DNA from: an uncultured bacterium
Lineage (GTDB): Bacteria; Cyanobacteriota; Vampirovibrionia; Gastranaerophilales; Gastranaerophilaceae
Assembly: GCA_902777605.1 (NCBI GenBank)
Contig: CACYUI010000002.1
Location: forward strand, 33,337 to 97,336
Reading direction: 5' to 3'
DNA length: 64,000 nt
A program made the translations under genes and the position numbers. This document shows, one piece after another, positions 17,467 through 27,559 of the stretch. Below the pieces are notes generated by a model. That model ran no database searches, had not been told where the DNA came from, and saw nothing but the letters and a program-made list of their open reading frames with translations. The first letter of the stretch is position 1, and every line of letters starts with the position of its first letter.

Positions 17467-18364
17467 CAGACAAAATATTAAAAAAACAGTTAAAAAGCAC
17501 ATCCCAAAAGATTGGCTCTGTGAATTGCGTATTGCATATAGAATCGTAATGGAAGCGGTTAATGATGTTAGAAGAACAGGAATCGTAAACCTTATAATTA
17601 TAACAACAATGGCTGCAATTCTTACAATCTTCGGTGTTCTGTTTAGATTTACACTATCATTATCAACTTTTACTCATGAATTAGGTAATGTATTAGAAAT
17701 TTCTGTTTACTTAAAACAAGGCACTGATAACGGTATTATTAAGGATAGAATAAAAGAGATTAAACATGTTGAACGCGTTCATCTTATAACAAAAGAAACA
17801 TCATGGAATAGTTTAAAACAGGAGCTTGGATTACATGACATAACGAATCCTCTCCCTGATACAATAAGAGTTAAAGTTGATAAACCTGATAATATTGAAG
17901 GTGTTTATAATCAAATTAAACCAATGGCCGGAGTTGAGGAGCTTGGATATGCTAAAGAACTTGCAAAAAAAATGCAGGTTCTGACAAATGTTGTTAATAC
18001 ATCTATGATTTTTGTAATAATTATATCGGCAGCATTGACTATAACGATAATAAATAATACAATACAATTAGTAATTCAATCGAGAAAAGATGAGATTGAA
18101 ATTATGCGTTTAATGGGTGTCAGTAACTGGTATATTAAAACACCACTAGTAATTCAGGGTGCATTCTACGGTTTTGTTTCATCTGTGATTGCGGTGTTAC
18201 CATTAAATGGTGTGCAAGGGCTTTTACAAAATGTGCATAAATTTTTCTTAATACCGTCTCCTGCATATGCACAAGATGTTGTTATTACTACTTTATTATT
18301 AATAGGTATAGCATTTGGAGCAAGTGGAAGTTTATTATCAATTAAAAAACACTTACAAGTATAG
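17456..18364 (+). CDS. ftsX: Cell division permease FtsX
   Basis: EISVYL, NPLPDTIRVK, NNTIQLVIQSRKDEIEIMRLMGVSNWYIKTP. Confidence 0.9.
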   Translation: MDNSRQNIKKTVKKHIPKDWLCELRIAYRIVMEAVNDVRRTGIVNLIIITTMAAILTIFGVLFRFTLSLSTFTHELGNVLEISVYLKQGTDNGIIKDRIKEIKHVERVHLITKETSWNSLKQELGLHDITNPLPDTIRVKVDKPDNIEGVYNQIKPMAGVEELGYAKELAKKMQVLTNVVNTSMIFVIIISAALTITIINNTIQLVIQSRKDEIEIMRLMGVSNWYIKTPLVIQGAFYGFVSSVIAVLPLNGVQGLLQNVHKFFLIPSPAYAQDVVITTLLLIGIAFGASGSLLSIKKHLQV

Positions 18365-18378
18365 AAAAGAAGGTAAAA

Positions 18379-19176
18379 ATGGATAAAACAATTGAACTTG
18401 TTAATAATATTAAAGACATACAAGCAATGCCAAGCGTTATTGTAAAAGCTTTAAATATTATGAAAAAACCTACCGCTAATATGAAAGAGCTTGGAGATAT
18501 TGTTATGTTTGACCAATCTCTTACTATAAAATTTTTGGCTCTTGTTAACTCTGCTTATTATGGCTTTTCACAACAAATAAGTTCAATAAACATTGCTTTA
18601 TCACTTCTTGGCATGACCAAAGTAAAAAATATTATTGTTGCTGTTGCAATGAAACCAATGATGTCAAATGCTGGAGACAAAGAGCTTTGGAAACATTCAA
18701 TGAGGGTTGCTTGCGGTTGTGAATATCTTGCAAATTTGACCAAAATTATGGACTCAGATGAAGCTTTTATATCAGGTTTTATTCATGATGTAGGGAAAAT
18801 TGTATTACATAAAACAAATGATAAAATGTATGCAAAAGTAATATCACTAGTTGAAGAAGGCGGTGATATCTTAACATTAGAAAAAAAATACTTTGATTCT
18901 GATCATGTAAGAACAGGTTCATTGCTTGCTAAAAGATGGCAATTGCCTATTTTGCTTTCAAATATTATATCATATCACCATGCTCCATCTTTATCATCTG
19001 TGCCTGTTCCATGTAATTTAGTTTGTTTTGTAGATAAAATTGTACAAACTAATTTTAATTCAAGTGCAATAGACAAAGATTTTGCGAAAACAATGGGCAT
19101 TGATGAAGAAGATTTTGAAGATTTAAGAAAAGCTATTTTACAAAAATCTGAAGTCTTAATTGCTGAATTATCATAA
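18379..19176 (+). CDS. HDOD domain signalling protein
   Basis: AMPSV, DQSLTIKFLALVNSAYYG, AFISGFIHDVGKIVL, DHVRTGSLLAKRWQLP. Confidence 0.88.
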   Translation: MDKTIELVNNIKDIQAMPSVIVKALNIMKKPTANMKELGDIVMFDQSLTIKFLALVNSAYYGFSQQISSINIALSLLGMTKVKNIIVAVAMKPMMSNAGDKELWKHSMRVACGCEYLANLTKIMDSDEAFISGFIHDVGKIVLHKTNDKMYAKVISLVEEGGDILTLEKKYFDSDHVRTGSLLAKRWQLPILLSNIISYHHAPSLSSVPVPCNLVCFVDKIVQTNFNSSAIDKDFAKTMGIDEEDFEDLRKAILQKSEVLIAELS

Positions 19177-19186
19177 AAGGTGAAAA

Positions 19187-20386
19187 ATGTTGAGCCGTAT
19201 AGTACTTATATCAGATGATACTGACTTTTTTGAATATATGGTTCAAAAACTTTCTTTAAGAAAAAGCGATGAATTGTATCGCTTTTGTTTTAATGAAATA
19301 CCAGAAAAATTACCTGAGATAAAAACATCACTATTTATTATAAACGCTGAAAGAGCAAAAGATAAAACTATTGACATATTAAGGTTGCTTAAAACTACCC
19401 CTGTAATAGTATTTACTTATAACTATAATGAATCTTTTGCCCTTCAAGGATATAGATTGGGAATGTTTGATTATATTACAGTAGATTGCACAGATGCAGA
19501 AATCGAAGCTAAAATTATGTCTGCTCTTAATCTTCTTTCATCATTTGAAAAAAATATGAAATATAGAGAATTGCTTGAAAATAATAATATTATTGCTAAG
19601 CATAATGAAGTATACTTAGACTATTGCGGAATAATTGACCAAGAGCTTTTTTCACTAAATAGAAATAAAAAAGAAGCTGTATTAGTTGCAATATCACCAA
19701 ATGAGCAAACAAAATTTTTACTACAGCCAAATCAAATAGAAACTGTTGTTTTAAGCAATATAAGAGCAAATGACATTCTAATGAGTTATGGTATAAATAA
19801 ATATTTTTTACTATTGCAAAATACAAATATTAAAAATGCTGAAAAAATTTGGAAAAAGATATCATCTTCACTCTCTGAAAAAATATATGCAGGTTTCTCT
19901 TCATCTATGGGGAAAAATCGTCAACAACTTATTAATGACTCATTAAATAAGTTGCATGAAGCAATAAATAAGGATAATATAGTTGCTATAAACAGTTCTA
20001 GAGATCCATTGAGTAACAATTTTAAGTTATTTAAAAAAGAATTCATGAAAAAGATTGAAAATACAATTTCTCCTGTATTTTTCTTAATACAACAAAAATA
20101 TAATGATAAATTATACGGAATAAATATTGAGCAGGGTACAGGTGATGGTTATGGAGTGCTATACATAAAAAGTAAATATTCAAGCGGAAAATTTAGGGTT
20201 ACAAGTCCGGGACTCTCAAAAGTAAATATTGATATTTCGTATGAATCAACTGTAAAAAATAACTCCTTGGAATCAAAAAGAATTTGTCTTGAACCGGATG
20301 AGCTAGAATCTGGTCTATTAGAAGATTTATTAGAACAATTTATATCAGAATTTAAAACAGAGGTAGAAAATGAGTATATTAAATGA
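19187..20386 (+). CDS. Receiver-like + degenerate GGDEF-like protein
   Basis: N-terminal REC-like fold (GMFDYIT); DILMSYGINKYFLLLQNT aligns to the GGDEF loop without the catalytic motif. Confidence 0.5.
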   Translation: MLSRIVLISDDTDFFEYMVQKLSLRKSDELYRFCFNEIPEKLPEIKTSLFIINAERAKDKTIDILRLLKTTPVIVFTYNYNESFALQGYRLGMFDYITVDCTDAEIEAKIMSALNLLSSFEKNMKYRELLENNNIIAKHNEVYLDYCGIIDQELFSLNRNKKEAVLVAISPNEQTKFLLQPNQIETVVLSNIRANDILMSYGINKYFLLLQNTNIKNAEKIWKKISSSLSEKIYAGFSSSMGKNRQQLINDSLNKLHEAINKDNIVAINSSRDPLSNNFKLFKKEFMKKIENTISPVFFLIQQKYNDKLYGINIEQGTGDGYGVLYIKSKYSSGKFRVTSPGLSKVNIDISYESTVKNNSLESKRICLEPDELESGLLEDLLEQFISEFKTEVENEYIK

Positions 20387-20918
20387 TAATGAAAGTCTTT
20401 TATTTATAGTTGACATACAAGAGAGATTATTAAAAGCGGTATTTAATAGAAGTACTGTTCAAAGTAAATCAGAGGTCTTAGTTAAAACAGCAAAAATTCT
20501 GAATATTCCTGTTATTATAACAGAACAGTATCCTAAAGGGCTTGGTTCTACAGTTCAAAGTATAACAGAACCATTACAGGATGATATAAAAGTGTTTGAA
20601 AAAAACTTTTTTTCAGCATTAAAAAATGAAGAAATAGAACAAGCTATGAGTGAAGCTGGCAAGAAACAAGTACTCGTTATGGGCATTGAAACACATATTT
20701 GCGTAAACCAAACGGTAGCAGATTTAATAAAAGCAGGCTATGAAGTGTTTGTTGTTACAGATGCTTGCGGTAGTCGTTCTGAATCAGAGTACAATGCTGG
20801 TTTAGAGCGCATGAAAATGCACGGTGCACAGCTAATAACAACGGAAATTGCTCTTTTTGAATGGCTAAAAAGTTCTAAGCATGAACATTTTAAAGAAATT
20901 CAAAGCTTAATTAAATAA
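20370..20918 (+). CDS. Isochorismatase-family hydrolase (YcaC-like)
   Basis: IVDIQERL, TEQYPKGLGST, GIETHICVNQT, VTDACGSR. Confidence 0.9.
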   Translation: MSILNDNESLLFIVDIQERLLKAVFNRSTVQSKSEVLVKTAKILNIPVIITEQYPKGLGSTVQSITEPLQDDIKVFEKNFFSALKNEEIEQAMSEAGKKQVLVMGIETHICVNQTVADLIKAGYEVFVVTDACGSRSESEYNAGLERMKMHGAQLITTEIALFEWLKSSKHEHFKEIQSLIK

Positions 20919-21934
20919 AAAAGTTTCGATAATTTTGATTTAGATGTACCGATGCCAGTGAGCAACATTGTCGATTTTTCGTTTGTTCTTTCATCTTCTA
21001 TATTATATTTATTAAACAATATTTCAGAAAGTTCAAACCCTGACAGACCTTGCTTTTTAATTAAAATTTTTGTAATGTCATCTCCGTAAAATTCTAGATT
21101 TGTAAGATTTTTTCTTATATTTGTTATTTGGGAGATTAAACTTTCAATCTCTTTTCTACCTTTTGAAGAATTTAAGTAGTTTATGTTTGCTTCGACAGTT
21201 GCAAGCATTGGGTAAGAAGGAGATGTTGTATTAATAAGCTTTAAAGCTTTTTCAACATCAAGTTCTGTATTTGTATGTAAAAGCGCTGTCGGATTAATTC
21301 CACCTGCTGTTTTGTGCAGCGATTGCACTGTAAAATCAGCATACTTGACTGCGCTTTGCGGTAGGTCGTCAGAAAACGGATAAAGAGCGCCATGCGCTTC
21401 ATCCACTATTAAATACACGCCATATTGTTTTGCTATTTTTGAAAACGCAGCTACATCTGATACCTTGCCTTCATAGGTCGGAGAAGTTATTATTATTGCC
21501 TTAGGAGCATTATCTTTTATTAAATTTTCAAATTGATTGGTTGAAAGTGGTTCATATATTCCCCAATCGGAATTGTAATTCAGTTCATACTCAATAATAT
21601 TTGCACCGCTAAGTGTTCCAGCATTTTTGTGACAATGATGAGATTTATTCCAAATTAGAAGATTATCTCCTCTATTGCAGCAGGCAAGAACTGATGCCAA
21701 AATTCCGCTTGTTGAGCCATTTGTTAAAAAGAAAGTTTTTTTTGTACCATATATTGATGCAGCATTTTCTTGTGCTTCTTTTAAGGCATCTTCAGGATTA
21801 TAGGCATCAACTTCTGATATATCAGATTTATACCACTGGTAAAACTTGTGAAAAATTGCCTTCTTTCCTGAGTGAGAAGGAGTTGTAAATAGTAACTTTT
21901 TGTTTTTCTTTCTTAATAATGAAATAAGCCCCAT
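20900..21934 (-). CDS. PLP-dependent Orn/Lys/Arg decarboxylase-family protein (short form)
   Basis: FTTPSHSG, FLTNGSTSG, TSPTYEG, VDEAHGA, QSLHKTAG (PLP Lys), TTSPSYPM; lacks the usual C-terminal domain. Confidence 0.8.
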   Translation of the reverse strand: MGLISLLRKKNKKLLFTTPSHSGKKAIFHKFYQWYKSDISEVDAYNPEDALKEAQENAASIYGTKKTFFLTNGSTSGILASVLACCNRGDNLLIWNKSHHCHKNAGTLSGANIIEYELNYNSDWGIYEPLSTNQFENLIKDNAPKAIIITSPTYEGKVSDVAAFSKIAKQYGVYLIVDEAHGALYPFSDDLPQSAVKYADFTVQSLHKTAGGINPTALLHTNTELDVEKALKLINTTSPSYPMLATVEANINYLNSSKGRKEIESLISQITNIRKNLTNLEFYGDDITKILIKKQGLSGFELSEILFNKYNIEDERTNEKSTMLLTGIGTSKSKLSKLFYLIKL

Positions 21935-22030
21935 AGCTTGATTATAACAAAAATATAGTATTTATTCTTTTTTATTTATATACTAGCTTAATATCTTGCA
22001 TTCAGGCTATAATATTGGTAAAATAAGGGT

Positions 22031-23422
22031 ATGAGGGATTATGAACCGTATTATACAGAAGATGGCTCTATAGGGCTTTATTCTTACGCAGACAAGGATG
22101 TATTTCATTCCAAATTCGGCGCTCTTACAGAAGCATGGGAAAAGTTTGTTATACCTTCTAAAATTGATGAACTTTTAAAATATAAACATGAAATAAATGT
22201 TTTGGATATTTGTTATGGAATTGGATACAATACAAAAGCTCTCATGAGTTTTGTAATTAATCAAAATAAAAATAAAATTTTAAAAAAAAATATTTTCCAA
22301 AAATCAAAAATGTTCGTTTCGATATGTATTAATAACACAAAACGAAAAATCAAAGCATTATTAAGACATTACGATACGATATATGATAATAAAAACAAGG
22401 CTGATGATTTACCAAAAATAAATATTGATTGTTTAGATTTAAATGAAGAACTTTTAAAATTATCTCCGCTTTTTAAAAGAGTAAAAACACCGGCAGAAAT
22501 TTTTTATGATATTGTGCCTGATATTTTTGACTGTTTCGAAAGTTATTATAAATTTAAAGACATATTTGTAGCATTTGCTTCAAAATTCTCACCAAAAAAT
22601 AAAAAAGATATAAAAGCCCTCTTAGAATTACGCTTTAAAAATATGCATATTGAAAGAGAGTATAAAATTAATCCAATAGTAAATTATATTCTTATTAATA
22701 AATTTTCTGAGATGTTTGGTAAAGATTATATTGATGAAAACATAGAAAAAATTCTTCATGAAAGATGGACAAAAAGATTTTTTGCAAAATCTTTAATAAA
22801 ATATGCAAAATTTAATCAATATTGGGGGTATAATTTATCATCTAAGCATAATTTATCAGCCTTCTTACATAATATATATTATCATCATTTATCGAAACGA
22901 AATAAGAATATCGATTTTAACCTAGCTGAGAGCTTATTCAACATAAATTTTCATGTAGATGATGCAAGAAAGAGTATTTTAAGAATAAACAAGCTTTATG
23001 ACTGCATATTTTTAGATGCATTTACTTATACAAAAGCTCCTCAACTATGGTCTGTTGAGTTTGTATCTGAGCTTTCAAAAAGGTTGAAAGAAGATGGAGT
23101 TATACTTACTTATTCAAATTCTGCTCAGGTTCGCAATACATTTTTAGAAAACAATTTATATGTAGGAAAAATTTATAATTTAAAAAACAAAGTTTTTAAT
23201 GGAACAATAGCTTCAAAAGATAAAACTAAAATTGACTATCCTCTTAATAATTATGAAATTGGATTATGTAATACAAAAGCAGGAATTCCATATCATGATC
23301 CAAATCTTTCTTTTGACAATAAGGATATAATAGAATTAAGAGAGTATGAGTTTAGAAATAGTGAGCTCATGAGCTCATCAAAGTATATGAAATTGAGGTC
23401 ACTAAAAGATGATAACGAATAA
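22031..23422 (+). CDS. MnmC/MnmD-like SAM-dependent methyltransferase with large insertion
   Basis: FHSKFGALTEA, LDICYGIGYN, DDARK, IFLDAFTYTKAPQLWS, ILTYS. Confidence 0.75.
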   Translation: MRDYEPYYTEDGSIGLYSYADKDVFHSKFGALTEAWEKFVIPSKIDELLKYKHEINVLDICYGIGYNTKALMSFVINQNKNKILKKNIFQKSKMFVSICINNTKRKIKALLRHYDTIYDNKNKADDLPKINIDCLDLNEELLKLSPLFKRVKTPAEIFYDIVPDIFDCFESYYKFKDIFVAFASKFSPKNKKDIKALLELRFKNMHIEREYKINPIVNYILINKFSEMFGKDYIDENIEKILHERWTKRFFAKSLIKYAKFNQYWGYNLSSKHNLSAFLHNIYYHHLSKRNKNIDFNLAESLFNINFHVDDARKSILRINKLYDCIFLDAFTYTKAPQLWSVEFVSELSKRLKEDGVILTYSNSAQVRNTFLENNLYVGKIYNLKNKVFNGTIASKDKTKIDYPLNNYEIGLCNTKAGIPYHDPNLSFDNKDIIELREYEFRNSELMSSSKYMKLRSLKDDNE

Positions 23423-24674
23423 GTACGATGTAATTGTAGTTGGTGGCGGTACTTCAGGATGTGCCTGCGCATATACTGCTGCAAAATTAGGACTTGATAC
23501 ACTTTTAATAGAAAAAAATTCATATCTTGGAGGAACAATAACTTCGTCACTTGTTGTTCCAGCCATGAAAACTTCTGATAATGCTATTAATACAAACTTT
23601 TTTAATATTTTATGTAACGAATTAAAAAATATTGGCGGCTGTATTACCTATTCAGATGGCAATGCAGGTTGGTTTAATCCAGAGCTAACCAAAATAGCTC
23701 TTGATAAAATGATGAAAGATGTTGGAGTTAATATTTTATTTGAATCATATATAGATAAAATAGAAGAAAAATTATTAGGATATATCGTTACGATTGGTAA
23801 TGATAACACTAATGAACACAACAACGAGTTATTGTTATATACCGAAACGAATAACATAGTAGATGCAACAGGTGATGCAAAAATTTTGAAAAAAATTAAT
23901 GGTATAGAATTTTTAAATGATAATGATTTTTCTCAGCCAATTAATTTAAGATTTATAATGTCTGGAGTAAATTATAAAAAATTTAGTCAATGGCTTCTAA
24001 ATTATGATAAAAATAGAGATATTACATCTGCTACTGATATAGATGGTAAAATATATTTATCTACGGCATATACTTGGGATAGTTGTGTAGATTGGGCATT
24101 AAAGCCTTTATTTGTTGATGCTATTAGAAAAGGTATTATTACAGAAGAAGACAGTAATTATTTCCAAATATTTTCTGTTGCAGGTGCACCGGATTCAATA
24201 GCATTCAATTGTCCGCGAATAATTGATACAACTCTTCCAAGAACAGATGCCTATATTAAAGGCAGAGAAAGTATTCTAAGGCTATCTCAATTCTGCAAAG
24301 AGTATTTTAAAGGATTTGAAAATGCTTATATTTCATCTATCGCAAATGTTCTTGGTGTGCGAGTCTCTAACCGTGTAAAAGGTAAATACATTTATACCAA
24401 AGACGATTTAGTTAGCGGTAAAAAATTTGCTCATCCTGTAGTAATATCAAATTACCCGATAGATGTACATTCTGATAAGAAAAATAGTTCAAAGCTGCAA
24501 AAAGTTTACAAAGAATATCAGCTACCAATAGAGTCCTTAATCGTCAAAGACAACCTATTTGTAGTAGGAAGATGTTTGTCTGCCGAATTTGAAGCTCAAG
24601 CAGCGCTAAGAATTATCCCATCTTGTTTTTCAATGGGCGAAGGAGTCGCTAAATATATAGCAAAAACCATTTAA
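23409..24674 (+). CDS. FAD-dependent oxidoreductase
   Basis: DVIVVGGGTSG, YLGGT, VDATGDA, GRCLSAEFEAQAALRIIPSCFSMGE. Confidence 0.85.
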   Translation: MITNKYDVIVVGGGTSGCACAYTAAKLGLDTLLIEKNSYLGGTITSSLVVPAMKTSDNAINTNFFNILCNELKNIGGCITYSDGNAGWFNPELTKIALDKMMKDVGVNILFESYIDKIEEKLLGYIVTIGNDNTNEHNNELLLYTETNNIVDATGDAKILKKINGIEFLNDNDFSQPINLRFIMSGVNYKKFSQWLLNYDKNRDITSATDIDGKIYLSTAYTWDSCVDWALKPLFVDAIRKGIITEEDSNYFQIFSVAGAPDSIAFNCPRIIDTTLPRTDAYIKGRESILRLSQFCKEYFKGFENAYISSIANVLGVRVSNRVKGKYIYTKDDLVSGKKFAHPVVISNYPIDVHSDKKNSSKLQKVYKEYQLPIESLIVKDNLFVVGRCLSAEFEAQAALRIIPSCFSMGEGVAKYIAKTI

Positions 24675-24687
24675 ACAAACTTAATAT

Positions 24688-25965
24688 TTACCCCTGCTTT
24701 TTAACCCAACCTTCTATAACTCGCATAGGTGCTCTTGTTATCGCAAGCGACCATTCTTGTATATTTTTAGTTATAACGGACAATGCGCCAACATTTGCGC
24801 CTTCTTCAACTGTAACAGGAGCGACAAGGACAGAATTAGAACCTATTTTTACATTATCTTTAATAATAGTTTTGCTTTTTTCTTTTGTTAAAGGATTATA
24901 ATTAGCTGTAATTGTACCTGCGCCTATATTTACATTTGAGCCGATTTCAGAATCACCAATATAAGTTAAGTGACAAGCATTTGTGTGAGATTTAATTATA
25001 GCTTTTTTTACTTCAACAAAATTGCCAATTTTAACATAATCTTCCAATATTACATCTCCTCTTAAGTGAGCAAATGGTCCAATTTTACAGTGTTTACCTA
25101 TTATGTTTTTACCTTCAATATATGTTGACGGATAAATTATTGTGTCCGGTTGAATTTCTGTTTCAGGACTTATCCAAGTTGTTGCAGGATCAATAATTGT
25201 AACTCCGTTTATTAAATGTTTATTAATAATTCTTGAATTCAGCATTTTTGTTGCTTCTGCTAAATTAACCTTAGAATTAATACCAAATATTTCGTTATTA
25301 TCTTTTAAAATATATCCATTAACACTTAAATTATTTTCATTTCCCCACTTAATAATATCTGTTAAATAATATTCTCCTTGAGCATTATTTGTTTTTAAAT
25401 CATTAAAAGCCGGCATAACTTTTTGCCAATTTATACAATAAATACCAGCGTTAATTTCATTAATAGCCTTTTGTTCTTGTGTTGCATCTTTTTCTTCGAC
25501 AATAGAAGAAACCATACCATCTGCTGAACGAACTATTCTTCCATAATTTGTCGGATTATTAAATATCGCACTCATAACCGTTAAGTCTGATTTTTTTTCT
25601 CTATGGTACTCAACAAATTCTTTTAGCGTTTCTGATGTAATAAGAGGTGTATCACCGCATAATATAACAACTTCACCATCAAAATCTTTTAAATACGGAA
25701 GTACCATACTTACGGCATGTCCTGTGCCTAACTGAGGTGATTGCAAAACAGTTTTCGCATTATCATAATTTAATTTTATATATTCTTCAACTCTTTCAGC
25801 TTGATGACCAACAATAACAAAATTTTCATCAGCTAAACCTGTATTATTTACTGCATCAATAACATAACTTACAAGCGCTTTATTAAAAATTTCATGCAGC
25901 ACTTTTGGGGTTTCAGATTTCATTCTTGTACCTTTTCCCGCTGCCAAAATAACTGATTTTAACAT
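24688..25965 (-). CDS. glmU: Bifunctional UDP-GlcNAc pyrophosphorylase / GlcN-1-P acetyltransferase
   Basis: ILAAGKGTRMKS, QLGTGHAV, NAQGEYYLTD, GNFVEVK, HLTYIGD; start moved to ATG 25965 (GGAG RBS). Confidence 0.95.
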   Translation of the reverse strand: MLKSVILAAGKGTRMKSETPKVLHEIFNKALVSYVIDAVNNTGLADENFVIVGHQAERVEEYIKLNYDNAKTVLQSPQLGTGHAVSMVLPYLKDFDGEVVILCGDTPLITSETLKEFVEYHREKKSDLTVMSAIFNNPTNYGRIVRSADGMVSSIVEEKDATQEQKAINEINAGIYCINWQKVMPAFNDLKTNNAQGEYYLTDIIKWGNENNLSVNGYILKDNNEIFGINSKVNLAEATKMLNSRIINKHLINGVTIIDPATTWISPETEIQPDTIIYPSTYIEGKNIIGKHCKIGPFAHLRGDVILEDYVKIGNFVEVKKAIIKSHTNACHLTYIGDSEIGSNVNIGAGTITANYNPLTKEKSKTIIKDNVKIGSNSVLVAPVTVEEGANVGALSVITKNIQEWSLAITRAPMRVIEGWVKKQG

Positions 25966-26218
25966 TTTTATTTCTCCATTTTTTATTATCATAGCACAAT
26001 ATATGGCATAATAAAAACTAAATATGATTTTAGTTATTAAAATAGTGTAAAATATTTTTCATAAAGTATTTGCATTTAAAATATGTTTATTTTATTATTT
26101 ACTCATACGCCGAATTTATAGAATGTGAATAAAAACACATTCTATTTTAAATAGGACGGAATTAAGGTTTTTATACCTTATAAAAACGATAAAATACTAC
26201 AATAAAAAGGATAAAACA

Positions 26219-26386
26219 ATGGGTATCAAAGGTAAAAATGACAGAATGGTAGTTTTAGCTTGTGAAGATTGCAAGGAAAGAAACTATACTACAGTAAAAA
26301 ACAAAAAGAATATTAAAGACAGATTAGAGCTTTCTAAATACTGCCCAACTTGTAAGAAACATACAACTCACAAGGAAACAAAATAA
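26219..26386 (+). CDS. rpmG: 50S ribosomal protein L33 (Zn-binding CxxC/CxxC type)
   Basis: Below the ORF track cutoff; manual translation [55 protein letters not shown]. Confidence 0.95.
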   Translation: MGIKGKNDRMVVLACEDCKERNYTTVKNKKNIKDRLELSKYCPTCKKHTTHKETK

Positions 26387-26454
26387 AAGTTTAGCCGTTT
26401 AGCTGTATTTTAGTGTTAAAATTTAAAACTGAATAGCTGCTAAACTGCTAATAT

Positions 26455-26527
26455 GCGTCCTTAGTTCAGTTGGTAGAACGTCGGTCTCCAAAACCGGATG
26501 TCGAGGGTTCGAGTCCTTCAGGGCGCG
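26455..26527 (+). tRNA. trnW: tRNA-Trp (CCA)
   Basis: GCGTCCT/AGGGCGC acceptor stem, anticodon loop CTCCAAA, GGTTCGAGTCC T-arm; canonical position between rpmG and secE; 3' CCA not encoded. Confidence 0.95.
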
Positions 26528-26566
26528 ATTTTAGGAGTATATCTCCATATAATATAGGTAGTTAAA

Positions 26567-26767
26567 ATGAACGATAATTTTGAAAAGACAAAACAAGATA
26601 TTATTTCATATTTTAAAGGCGTAAGAACAGAATGGGGTAAAATCACTTGGCCTGAAAGACATCAGGTTGTTGTAGAAACTGTATTTGTCTTAGCTATCGT
26701 TTTTATATTTACGGCTTTTATCTATGTCGTAGATAGAATATTTATAGCTTTGTTCGCGAATTTTTAA
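26567..26767 (+). CDS. secE: Preprotein translocase SecE
   Basis: YFKGVRTEWGKITWPERHQV + TM helix; upstream of nusG. Confidence 0.92.
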   Translation: MNDNFEKTKQDIISYFKGVRTEWGKITWPERHQVVVETVFVLAIVFIFTAFIYVVDRIFIALFANF

Positions 26768-26819
26768 TTGCTAAGTGACAACCTTCATTCTATGAGGGCT
26801 TAAATAAAGGGTAAGAATA

Positions 26820-27443
26820 ATGACTGAAAAAGAAGAAAACATCATTAATGAAGAAACCAATGAAACTCCTGATGTAAATGTAAATGAAGCGGAAGTTTCA
26901 CAAAAGTCTTCTGAAAAAAACCAAAAGCGTTGGTACATTGTTCACACATACTCTGGATATGAAAACAAGGTAAAGAGTAATCTTGAAAAGCGTATTGAGT
27001 ATATGAACATGGCTGATAAAATCTTTAGAGTGGAAGTTCCTCAAAAAACTGTTACTCAGATTAAAAGCGGAAGAAAATTAGAAAAAGAAGAAAAAATCTT
27101 CCCTGGTTATGTTTTGGTTGAAATGATAATGGACGAAGACAGTTGGTATGTTGTTCGTCATACAGCAGGTGTTACAAAATTTGTAGGTTCTGCTAAGAAA
27201 CCAATTCCGGCAAAAGATAGTGAAATCAAAAAGATTATTCACCGTTCAACAACACAAACTCAAAAGATTGAAATGGATATTAAAGTTGGCGAAAAGGTTA
27301 GAATCGTATCAGGACCGTTTGCTGAGTTTGTTGGTGATATTACAGAAGTTTATCCAGATAAGGCGAAACTTAGAGCTATGGTTTCAATATTTGGTCGTGA
27401 AACTCCTGTTGAATTGGAATATAAACAAATACAAAAATTATAA
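26820..27443 (+). CDS. nusG: Transcription termination/antitermination factor NusG
   Basis: WYIVHTYSGYENKVK, KIFPGYVLVEM, KOW motif VRIVSGPFAEF, SIFGRETPVEL. Confidence 0.97.
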   Translation: MTEKEENIINEETNETPDVNVNEAEVSQKSSEKNQKRWYIVHTYSGYENKVKSNLEKRIEYMNMADKIFRVEVPQKTVTQIKSGRKLEKEEKIFPGYVLVEMIMDEDSWYVVRHTAGVTKFVGSAKKPIPAKDSEIKKIIHRSTTQTQKIEMDIKVGEKVRIVSGPFAEFVGDITEVYPDKAKLRAMVSIFGRETPVELEYKQIQKL

Positions 27444-27515
27444 TGTAAAAAATTGGGTGTTGGTTAACACCTCACTCTAACCCTCTTTTTAAGAAGGGGG
27501 ATAGTATGAATGAAT

Positions 27516-27545
27516 GTGGAAGGAGTCGCCCTCCGCTGGTACCAC
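27516..27545 (+). promoter_or_regulatory. Putative L1-binding mRNA site upstream of rplK
   Basis: GTGGAAGGAG-tcgcc-CTCCGCTGGTACCAC; GTGG/CCAC stem with asymmetric internal loop next to the SD. Confidence 0.6.
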
Positions 27546-27559
27546 GAAAGGAGAACAAA

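Noticed and set aside
26100-26160. Hairpin ATAGAATGTG/CACATTCTAT upstream of rpmG as a riboswitch or leader
   Set aside because: It is a single AT-rich stem with no recognisable family motif
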